A stretch of 56,073 nucleotides of DNA, counting the filler, from Sphacelaria rigidula (taxonomy: Eukaryota): the NCBI GenBank assembly GCA_964200075.2. It is 7 parts of 7 records of this genome, joined end to end, with 100 filler letters (N's around TTAATTAATTAA, not from the genome) between each part and the next. Parts side by side here need not be neighbours in the genome. Positions count along the whole stretch, not along the records: positions 32,102 to 40,025 come from CAXNAA020012958.1; positions 40,126 to 48,049 come from CAXNAA020012959.1; 5 more parts are not named here. One strand, written 5' to 3'. Below the pieces are notes generated by a model. The model was not told where the DNA came from. It searched no databases and worked only from the letters and a program-made list of their open reading frames with translations. This document shows positions 37,205 through 46,790 of the stretch, piece by piece (positions within the stretch are counted from its first letter, which is position 1; every line of letters begins with the position of its first letter). The translations under genes were made by a program, and so were the position numbers.

Positions 37205-38484
37205 TTTTGGGAGAGATGAAACGCAGCGAACTTACAAGCGTAGCTTGTACCAACCCGGCAAAAATTCATCCCACTGCTTTGCATTTCTCCCGCATATAGG
37301 CGCAATTTATGCTGGTGCTGGGCGATCTGTCTCCATGTCGTACCGCAAGGCAGATATCACACCACGATCGCTCACCACAGACGGCTCACCATTGAAGACG
37401 TCTTTCATGGTCTCTTACTCCCTATCCATTTATTCTTTCCTTGCCATGCCACCATCGTCTCAGCTGGAAGCAGCCCCAGGAGGATTAGTGGCGAGTGGTG
37501 TACCAGCATCGTTGGTGCCCCCTGTAGCCGCCGGCATGGTCCCGCCTTCGTGAATTTTCGAAGTCGAGTACCCTACCTCTGTTTCACGGTCGATCTATAT
37601 CTCGTTCGTCTTATCTTTTGTCAACGGGTCTCTCGGGGGTATCCTCCTCTGCGACCGTCGCCCTCGGCGGCTGTAAAAAGTGCACTCGGTCATGATTCCC
37701 TTGGCGTGACTACCGTCCGGACAAGATCCTGGTTCAGCCTTTTTAGAGGGCGAGCCTTGGTGAGAGTTGCTCCGGCTGTACCTCTTGCGTTGTTTCCATC
37801 AAGTCTCGGTTCGACTTCTCGTTGTCGGTTGAGGTTCATCCCCGTTACCTCAACGCGCATCGAACAGACGTACCGAGGTTTGATGGAGGCAGCGCTGGAG
37901 GTACAGCCAGAGGGACTCACAAGGCTTTGCCTGGTTAAACGCAGGGTGCGACTCTTGTCGAAATCGTCGTCACGCCGAGATAATCACTATCGAGTGTGTT
38001 CTTCACGACGAGCGAGGGCGACGGTCGGAGAGGAGGATACCTCCCTGAGATTCATCGTTAAGGAAGAAGACGACATGGGCAAGATCAACAGAAAACGTGA
38101 GATGGAGAATGGGGTACTCGGCGTCGAAAATCCCTCAAGACGAGGTCGTGCCGACGGCTACAATGGGCACCATCAAGGAGGGTGCGCCACTCACCAATCA
38201 TCCTCCTGCGGCTGCTTCCAGGGGAAAAGGACGATGACGTGGCGAAGAATGAAGAAATGTAAGGGGGGTAAAAGGCCATGGATGACGTCTTCAATGGTAT
38301 GGTGTCTGTGGTGAGCGACTATGGCGGGACTCTTATCTTGTGATTTGACGTGAGGTAAAAATGTGCAGCAGCAGCAGGAACTGCGCCGATTTGCGAGAGA
38401 GATGCAAAGCAGTGATATAGCAGTCCGGCAGGTCTGACATAAAGTACGCATGCGAGCTTGCTGCGTTTTAACGCTCCGAGAAAA
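37205..38484. repeat. Diverged ~1.3-kb palindrome centred at ~37841
   Basis: Arms align along their length, e.g. GTATCCTCCTCTGCGACCGTCGCCCTCG vs CGAGGGCGACGGTCGGAGAGGAGGATAC, and CACTGCTTTGCAT vs ATGCAAAGCAGTG. Confidence 0.85.
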
Positions 38485-40125
38485 GTCCTGGTGGAGAGAT
38501 TGGCCGTCGCACCCCGGTGATCTGACTGGTACATCCGAAAGGCTGTTAGGGTGGGTGAAGGTCTTGGATCTCCCAACGAATGAAATTCCGCACGCCTTTT
38601 TCAGTTGAATGTATGAGATTTCCGTTGTTCAAAACGTGCGAAAGCGAGTACGAATGAAGCCAGCCTGGAAAGGAACCTGAGCATTGTAGTCGATTGAGGA
38701 GCTGACTTTTGATAACTGTTCTTCAAAATTTGGTACGAAGAATCGCAAAGGTAAGCAAAATAATAGTTACGACTAGACATCAATATTTTCTCCCACCAGA
38801 AGTTAGGGACACAAACACGAGATGATCCATCTTCTACACAAACGCCCACGAGTCATGAAGCAAGAATGAAAAACAAATTTCTTGCCGTTATTCTTTTCAC
38901 CATGCTCTTGCGATTCTCCAGACCAAACTCCAAAGCACAACTCTCGGAACCGAGCCCCCCAATCACACTTAGTGCATTTGGTGAAATATGTATAATTTAG
39001 TATGAGATGTTGATATCGTCATATCTCTGCATAGATAACGATTCAGGTGAAGTTGCGGGCACCGATCGTTTCCACGTATGGTCGGTGTAAACTGTGTTTT
39101 CCCATTCTTCCACACACCACATAGGTACACTTCTCTCGGGGTAGGGGTAATTGTTCCGAATTTCAAGAACAGCGTTCAAAGCCCTGTTTCCGGGCGGAGA
39201 CCTCTGTGGAAAGTTCCATGTTGGGAAGACACGCGGTAGCGGCGGGTGCTTTCCCAGCGTATTGGCGACGACCTTGCAGCTGTTACTGCTTTAGGTTTGT
39301 ACTGTGTTACGGCGGATATCAGTTGCATATGCGGAAGGCGTTCTCGATATGCGTGATATGTGCGGGTCGTATTCCATTTGTACATTACTCGTCGTGCTAT
39401 ATCCCAGTCTGGCTTTGCAGCACCACCACACCTCACAATCATTTAGCTACCAAGTAGAATTGTCTAATAACAAAGCTATCAGCCAACCACTTGGAGACAT
39501 CTCGCTTGCAAACGAGCCAAGCGCACGTCTCTGCACGCTAAAGTGAGTCTGTGTTTGCATGATGCAGTGCTGAGTAGGACTCAATGGTCTGGGAGTCACG
39601 TGTGCTAGAGTGTTGCATGACTCGACTGCAATCATTATACCGGTCGACCGCTTGTATATCGCAGCCCCCGAATTTGTTTGTTCCTTGAAAGTGGTGTCCG
39701 CACACCCTGAGGCTCGATCATAACAAATCACCAGTTGAGAAATCCAGGCTTGGAATTTTCAGATTCTAAGAAATTGATTCTGAGAAATTTTGCTCAGATC
39801 CAGGCGAAAATAAGGATGAGAAATTGAGAGATGCAAGAGGCTCAGCGGATAAGAAATCTATCATCGACACTGCAGCCTTGGGAAAAACGAAACTAGTCAC
39901 AGGCCCATCAGTCCCCGACGCAAGGATGCTCCATCCCTCTCTCGCCCTCAACCCCCCCCTTCGGGGAAGGTACGAAGAACATGAATGGGGTAGAAATGCT
40001 CAAGTTCCTTGAGCATAACGAGATGNNNNNNNNNNNNNNNNNNNNNNNNNNNNNNNNNNNNNNNNNNNNTTAATTAATTAANNNNNNNNNNNNNNNNNNN
40101 NNNNNNNNNNNNNNNNNNNNNNNNN

Positions 40126-40240
40126 CCTACTGATTATCTTGCATACGAATATCAGCTCACAATGAGTTGCTGTATTTTCTGGTATCGCCACTTCCCGAGA
40201 CAGCCACAGCTTATACACTGCCTCCGGGGTGTCTCACCAT
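40126..40240 (-). mobile_element. Repeat family A, 5' part, cut by contig start
   Basis: CCTACTGATTATCTTGCA..GGTATCGCCACTTCC..GTGTCTCACCAT followed by a G-run. Confidence 0.85.
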
Positions 40241-40905
40241 TGGGGGTGGGGAGGGGGGGAGGGGAGGCAAGGCCAATGGAGCAGACGTGACTGCGCGTAT
40301 TCGAAGATATCAAGGTCGAAGCGATATATGCATCAAAACACTATCAGTGTGTGTGGATTGTGTAGCTTTAAGTCGTAACCATACCAGGAATACTTTCAGA
40401 ACACCGTCGTACAAGAGCTATTTCTGCTGTTCCGTCGGCCGACGATCAAGCGTGAAAAAAAAAAAAGGAACGAGATTGAGCGACATGAATTAAACTCGGC
40501 GGTTTGCACGGGAGAGCGCTGATCGAACGCTTGAACAAACAAAGCGCAAGGTCAAGATCGGTACTGAGGGGAGGTGTATTTACCACTTGGTCAATTAAGA
40601 AATTTCTTGGATAAATATATATTTTGAATCACGCTGACCCCAATCCTAACCCCAACCCAAAGCATACCGTGAACTCGGGCGAGGGGGTGCGAAGCGTTCC
40701 CTGAACAAAGTGTGGCGTTGGCGGAACTAAAGGCGCGATTTTGACGAAAACGCCTTCTGCACAGACGAGGGGCAGTTGGGGCTGTCAGCCTCGCTTAAGA
40801 TCCGAATATCAGTGTTCACACTACTGACCGGGGGATAGGTGGATTTGTTGTTCCTTGCGATGAGCGGGACTTGTCCGTCCCGATGAAAATACGCAGGTTA
40901 ATTAG

Positions 40906-41014
40906 CCCTTCGGGGAACCCCCTTGTCGATTTTTGTGATTGTGAATTGGCATCATTTTTCACTTGAAAATGATGCCGATTTACAAAAATCGTCAATCAAC
41001 TGGTTCTAAAAGGG
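40906..41014. mobile_element. Small palindromic piggyBac-like MITE (second copy 47649-47756)
   Basis: CCCT..AGGG termini with degenerate TTAA flanks. Internal palindrome GGCATCATTTT-CACTT-GAAAATGATGCC. Confidence 0.55.
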
Positions 41015-41400
41015 TTGAACAAAAGCACGACCGAAGAAAAAGAAATCAAAATAATGAAGACAGGGAGGGATGGATATGAATTGTGCGGGGGCGTTTGTTC
41101 CGAAAGCGAACAGCCTACTCACTGAACCAGTGAGCGCTCACCGGTTCAATAGGTAAGCTCTTCGCTTCCTGAACCGAACATATGCTGTGTGATCCGTTCG
41201 GGCATGACACATCAGTGATCTCCGGGACCCCTTGCCCTTCGCAAGTTTCACTGTCCACATGTCAAACTCGTTCCTTCCACAATCGATCATGCCGGGACTC
41301 GAACCGCATGCCTTCCGTTCAGGAAGCAGCACTCACACACTCATACACCATCCCTCCCCATGTTCATGCACAAGAGAAACACACACACCAGTACCCCCAC

Positions 41401-41515
41401 CTGTTCAGCCTCGGTGATACCCATGCCCGACATGTTTCGCTTGAGATTGCCGAATTCCTTAGCGTCGTCGATGCCGGTGATGCTCTTTTCTTGCCTCATG
41501 AGGTACACATAGTCC
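41401..41515 (-). CDS. Myosin motor domain exon (DYVYLMRQEKSITGIDDAKEFGNLKRNMSGMGITEAEQ)
   Basis: Myosin YxYL..GIDDxxEF..MxxxGxxxxEQ motif. ccgcag|..|gtgggg, phase 2/0. Confidence 0.9.
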
Positions 41516-41880
41516 CTGCGGCCAAGGCGGCAAAATCAGAAAGGGAAAGGGGGTGTATGTGTAATACATAATATAAATTGAAAAAATCGAGACGAAAAAT
41601 ATCCGGCGAAAAGTTAACGCCTACCCAGCTCGTGCAGGGCCGCCAATTAACTGTCGAGTATATCACCCTGTGGGCAGCGTTTTCACGTCCTTTTCTTGTT
41701 TTTCTGATCGGGCAGTCTTTTGTTCATGCCAGAAGCGTATGGCAGAGAGTTTCAGGCGATGTAGCTGCACGGCAAAGCTCGTCATAAGCACACGAGTCAA
41801 GCACAAGAATGTTTGCAGTGACAATCACTGATACCCCCTGGATCTTTCATCAGACTGCTCCAAACAGTGTACTGTATTTA

Positions 41881-42426
41881 CAGTAGTGGGCGGTTTAACT
41901 ATTCAGCAAGGTTTCGGGGTTTTCTTAGCGTTCTACTCTTCGATAGAACTCGAAATTGCTAGCGTCGGTAGATTTTGGTACAATGAACAGATAATCCTCA
42001 GAACACAGTGCCCAAGTCAGTGTTAGTTGGTGTTATAGGGCGGAGCGAGTAAATATCCCGTTCATCAGGAGGGTGTTATTGACCGTGAAACACAGTTTTT
42101 CGGCTCTACTCCAACGAGTAGGCAGAATTTCAAAAAAAGTAAACCTGTACGTTTTGAAAAAAATATGATCGGGACAGGCTCGATCGACCGGAAATACAAA
42201 AGAGTAAGAATCTGGGCTGAAACGTCGCAGGACCCCCGATGACCGGTCAGCCCGTGAGTAACTCAATATGGAGTACATTTTTTTTTCTTGGGATGTGGAG
42301 CGGATACAAATATCTTCAGATCTCCAGTGGGATAAGCGGTGGCAAGCGAAAAGAGCCCAAGAAAACCGCCAATTACGAAGAAATCACAAAATGCCTCAAA
42401 ATGAATAGTTAGACCGCCCACTACTG
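41881..42426. mobile_element. Tc1/mariner-pogo-type MITE in a myosin intron
   Basis: 24-bp TIR CAGTAGTGGGCGGT(T/C)TAACTATTC, 1 mismatch, with TA on both sides. Confidence 0.85.
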
Positions 42427-43295
42427 TATCCTCTGTTGTCTGTCACCAGGAGGAAGCAGGCGCTCTGGGCGAGACTATAGGGGAAAACCCTAGAGTGGGG
42501 CATAGCCATACCATTGGATGTACAGAGGCAGTAGAACGGTACACCCTTTTCAGATCACCAAGCTGGGATTATGGCTTCAATCGCGATCATCAATCGTCTG
42601 CATTTCACAAATGAGTGTAGTAAAACCTGGACTTCCCCTATCCCACCCTGGCCTTTCAAGGGCTAATGCTAAAAAAATGCTAAAAAAATATAATTAATTC
42701 CCTGTATTTCGTGCCACTTTGAAATTTCACACATATTTGCCATAGCAGTTCACTTGAGTGTTGACTGATGGGATGATAGATTGATGGGTGTGGTCGAGTG
42801 GGGTGATCGATGTGATTGACTGTCTCGCATGAGATGGTTCCCTAGTAATCCAGCCCGCGATTACAAGATGGATACTACTTCCCTCAAGAGGGTCGCTGAA
42901 TATATGTTTAGTAGGGTTCTCGTCTCACATACCGTCCGTACATTTTATCATATGACCACATGCTGGTTTCGTAACGGGCCAGATGACCATATGCAACAAT
43001 CGTTCAATATAATGAAGATGCAAGACATGATGCACGCACGCGTGTTAGAGATGACTGTTTTTTTCTCCTTAGCTTTTCTTGATATTTTCTTCCTTTTTCC
43101 TTCAGATGGTCTGAGTGTTCACGTACACTACATACTCAAGTCTTCTTCCATTTGATGTTGTGCGGTTATCCATATAGGACGCCATGTTTTTGCTGATCCC
43201 AAGAGTCAAATTTGAGTCCACCGATGTCCAAAGGCAAAAATCGAGAGTACTACCGACTGTACGAGCAGCAGTCGACTGCCCGCCTAGACCTTCAC

Positions 43296-43450
43296 CTCGG
43301 AGAGAGCAGACGAAACGCCTCCTGTTCTTCGGCGCTCGCTCCATGGAGGAGATAGTGTAGAACGTGAAAGCATCGCTCTCCGCTCGCCTGTCCCGTCACC
43401 CGGCTTTTTTCGAGCAGATAATTCGTGACCTTTCCACCCCGGATCGCTCC
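43296..43450 (-). CDS. Myosin motor domain exon (GAIRGGKVTNYLLEKSRVTGQASGERCFHVLHYLLHGA..), class I-like
   Basis: Diagnostic YLLEKSRV..GERxFH. ttgtag|..AG|gtgaag, phase 2 matching the 41515 exon. Confidence 0.93.
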
Positions 43451-43880
43451 CTACAACACGAAAAAGAAACAGGAGAAGATGTCATCCTCAGCGTTCATCT
43501 AGTAATAATTAAAAATGTCGCGGAATCGACTTCCTCCAACTCGAGAAGAACATGTCATGCGCTGTAATAGCGAAAAATATCGTCTAGATTGTCATTATCC
43601 AATTGCACCCAGGTCAAGGATACCATGAAAGCGGACAGAGTCAATTGGATGCGGCTACCATGTATTTCCGTTCGCACGCAACACACTGTAGGCAGACACA
43701 CACACACACACACACACACACACGAATGGAGGGTCATGCCACGTAGGTAGGGGTGCACAAAAATATTCCTCAGGTTTTGACTTGTTAGTCATCTTCTATC
43801 TCATCCAACAAAACGATGTTATGAAACATATGACAGAACGCCACGCTTGGCATTTCAATGGGCTACAGTAACTGCTGGTC

Positions 43881-44080
43881 ACCCCGGTGGCTCGGTATGG
43901 TGACCTCGAAACCTTTTGACAGTTGGGTTGTGGGTTCGAATCTCGGAGCGATCTGGGATTTTTTCTCACACAATGCCCAACAGTGGGCAGCGACGATGTC
44001 GTCGGTACACAAAACTCGATTTAATGGTCGACGAGGGGAAGGGACTGCTGAACCCCTCTCGCGATAAAAAAATAAAGGCG
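43881..44080 (+). mobile_element. tRNA-derived SINE-like repeat
   Basis: CCCCGGTGGCTCGGTATGG (A box) and GGGTTCGAATCTC (B box), no complete cloverleaf, followed by a non-tRNA body. Confidence 0.5.
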
Positions 44081-45039
44081 AGCACCGGAGAAGGTAGGTG
44101 GAGGAAAAAAAGTAACAAAAAAGAAAAAGCTCCTGTGTTGACCTTCCTCTTGTGTGACCCCGGCTGGTGCGCCCACATATACCGAAAGGTATAGACCGGC
44201 GTCCAGAATAGATAAGACGACAACACCCACACAGTACTCGTATAATAGTAGGTATATCTCTGATGAAATTCAAAAGGGGAAATTATGTCCTGGTGCATAT
44301 CCCTGTGTTAGTAGCAGCTCCTAGTTTTAGCAGCTTTTCAATGAGAAACGCCGGCGCCTGAACTTGCAACCCCTACCGTTGTATGACTCTGGACCTGCCA
44401 TACTAGAAACCAGACGGTGACAGCAGACGCTGTCATGACAGGTACGGGGAGTCCACGTTATACGTACGTACAACATCAGCGTACTGGGTCGGAGCTCTTG
44501 AGGTCAGGGCGGCCCGTACACTCCGCGAAGTTGACATGGGGGTTTTAGTGGGTCGGATCCCCACACGGCCTCGAGAAAAGCTTGCGGACACTCGAGGTGT
44601 CAACCCCAATTGACTGCCGTGAGGCGGTCTGACCGATTCTCCGGGGAAATCGGCACACCAACTCGCTTGCGGGGTAACTGTTGAGTCAGGTTTCTTCCCT
44701 TCTTCGAGGAAAAAACAAGAAAGGAAAAAAAAAAAGACATCGACGTACTCCCCCGCTGTTGTGTCAACACAAGAAAAAAAGTGATTGCTACTCGTACAGC
44801 GCACCACAAGAGCGGGAAAAAAGGAAAATAAAAGTAGAGAAAATTAAATGAAAAGAAAGGTCACGAGTACAGTTACGGTAATACTTCTCGCATACAGTAT
44901 ACGCCTACTGTTGTTCACCGCTGTACCCAGGCAGTCAAACGGGTGTATAGTGTACACACATCAACACGTCGCCGCGCCCCGATAGTCTGATGATGATAAT
45001 AATAAAATGATAATAATGGTACAGCAAAAAATCAACAGT

Positions 45040-45498
45040 ATTGGTTAGGGTGCAGAGAACGCCGGTTCGATTCCCGCCCAGGTGAGTTTCAGGTTTTTTC
45101 TTCGAAAATATCCACGGTTCGGACGAATCATCGCCGGTTGGAATCACCAAATCCACGATTTTTCAGGCATAATTGCTCGAAAGAGAAAAAAAAGTTGACC
45201 GCTTGTCAAAAAAGTCTCCACGCAATTTTCGCGCAATTTCACGTGCCTGGGTTGCGCGTAAGTGAGTTGCAACGCTGAAAACAAAGCACAAGGATTGGTT
45301 CATGGGGTAGGAATCAAATACACTAAAATCAAGTAATTTCCAGAAAAATCATTAATTCGTCCCACCCGTGAAAATATCTCATCTTCGCCACTGATAGTAG
45401 CTCAACAAGAGTTTCTTTATTTCGACCAAGTATGTTTTGACGAGAGTCGACGCACTGTAGGAGTGATGATAGTCATGATCCAGACCGCGGACTCGTCC
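45040..45498 (+). mobile_element. tRNA-headed SINE (family E); diverged second copy ~45930-46380
   Basis: GGTTCGATTCCCG B box. Body TTCAGGC.TAATT..AAAAGTTGAC..GTCTCCACG..CAACGCTGAAAA is repeated at 46230-46350. Tail GACCGCGGACTCGTCC as in family C. Confidence 0.55.
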
Positions 45499-45512
45499 TG
45501 GGGAATGGGGGA

Positions 45513-45890
45513 GTACTTATTTGTTGCTTGCCTTAGTCGTTTGACCATCGACCCCGCATCCCTTGCGAGACGTAGCACCGCTCCTACTCTCTATAATAAT
45601 AGACACACCTCCCAACATTTGGGCGCTCATGACGCCTTTTCCACAAATTAAACGAAGAATAATTTACATATATTTATCCCTCTTCTGATTCGCCGTCTAT
45701 GACCACCATCTGTCTCCTAGCATAGCGATAGTTTTCTCGCTACATTCCAATGTATCAAACGATTTCATGCCACCTCCGTTAACTTTCCACATTTCCCCGT
45801 CGAACACGTCCCGTACTCCCTTGTACAGTTCACATTGTGCGAATATATGAGTTCTACTCTTTACTGCTTCGCCATTTGCCACAGGAGTGG
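45513..45890 (-). mobile_element. LINE family B, 3' end with C-terminal zinc-knuckle-like remnant
   Basis: SCGK..AVKSRTHIFAQCELYK..KSFDTLECSEKTIAMLGDRWW fits the CxxC..ESxxH..C pattern of non-LTR ORF2 C-termini. Homologous to 26122-26370. Confidence 0.75.
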
Positions 45891-46258
45891 GGGGGGGGGG
45901 GTTCAAAGTGTGACAAAAAAATCCGTACTACGTCGTGTGGGCAGATTTGGGGGGAATTCAAATCCCGACAGCAATAGACCGTCTCTTGGTTTCCATCGTC
46001 CGCACACACGCGCGAATGGTAGTCCACGAAATCCAAGAGGAAAAAAAGAAACTCATGAAGGGTCAGACGACTCATTGCTGGTTGTAACCACCAAAATCTA
46101 CGAGTTGATGGGTCGTGATTTTAACCATCGTCGTTTTATTTTGAGATGGTTCAAATCACGACCCATCAGATCGGGATTTTTGCTTATCCACCGCACTTTT
46201 TCGATCAAATAATGGTGTGCTCAGGGACACGGCTTCAGGCCTAATTATTCGAAACCGG

Positions 46259-46296
<38 letters not shown>

Positions 46297-46512
46297 AAAA
46301 GTTGACAGCGAGTCAGAGAAGTCTCCACGTGCCCTACGGTTCAACGCTGAAAAGGAAGCCCGAGGATTGATGATTCGCACGGTACCAGTCAATTACGTCA
46401 AAACAAGATTCGGATGAATCACTACTTACCCGACGCTTGGAAAAGTCGATGGAGTGCGGGAGCGCTGCTGTGATTCAGTACCCGACGACGCTAAAAGTAA
46501 AACACAGGTACA

Positions 46513-46790
46513 GTACTCACGATTTTGCATGCCGTAGTCATATGAAAATTGACCTCGAATCCCTACAAAGCCGACGGATCAAGCCGGGTTTTCGCCGGAC
46601 CAGGTTCGCAATCAATCACCGAGCGCGAATCGCTGTGATGTGTTCGGCGAGTCGCATGAAGGGTGAGCTGCATCCTGCTAAGATTGTTCGGCCCGAACCT
46701 ACTGATTATCTTGCATTTGCACAACAGCCCTCGGTGAGTTGCTCCATTTTCTGGTATCGCCGCTACTGCGGAGTGGGAGGGGTTGCAGCT
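46513..46790 (-). mobile_element. Repeat family A copy
   Basis: TTGACCTCGAATCCCTACAAAGCCG..GAGTCGCATGAAGGGTGAGCTGCATCCTGCTAAGATTG. Confidence 0.85.

Noticed and set aside
37550..38314. 254-aa ORF as a gene
   Set aside because: It spans the palindrome centre and has no domain or splice support.
38600..40012. Short ORFs (e.g. SSPIRWEST, reminiscent of hAT TRWNST)
   Set aside because: Single weak motif with no other hAT blocks or TIRs.
46420..46470. Candidate upstream myosin exon (..SIDFSKRR|gtaagt)
   Set aside because: Strong donor, but it lacks the expected SSRFGK motif, so it cannot be assigned.
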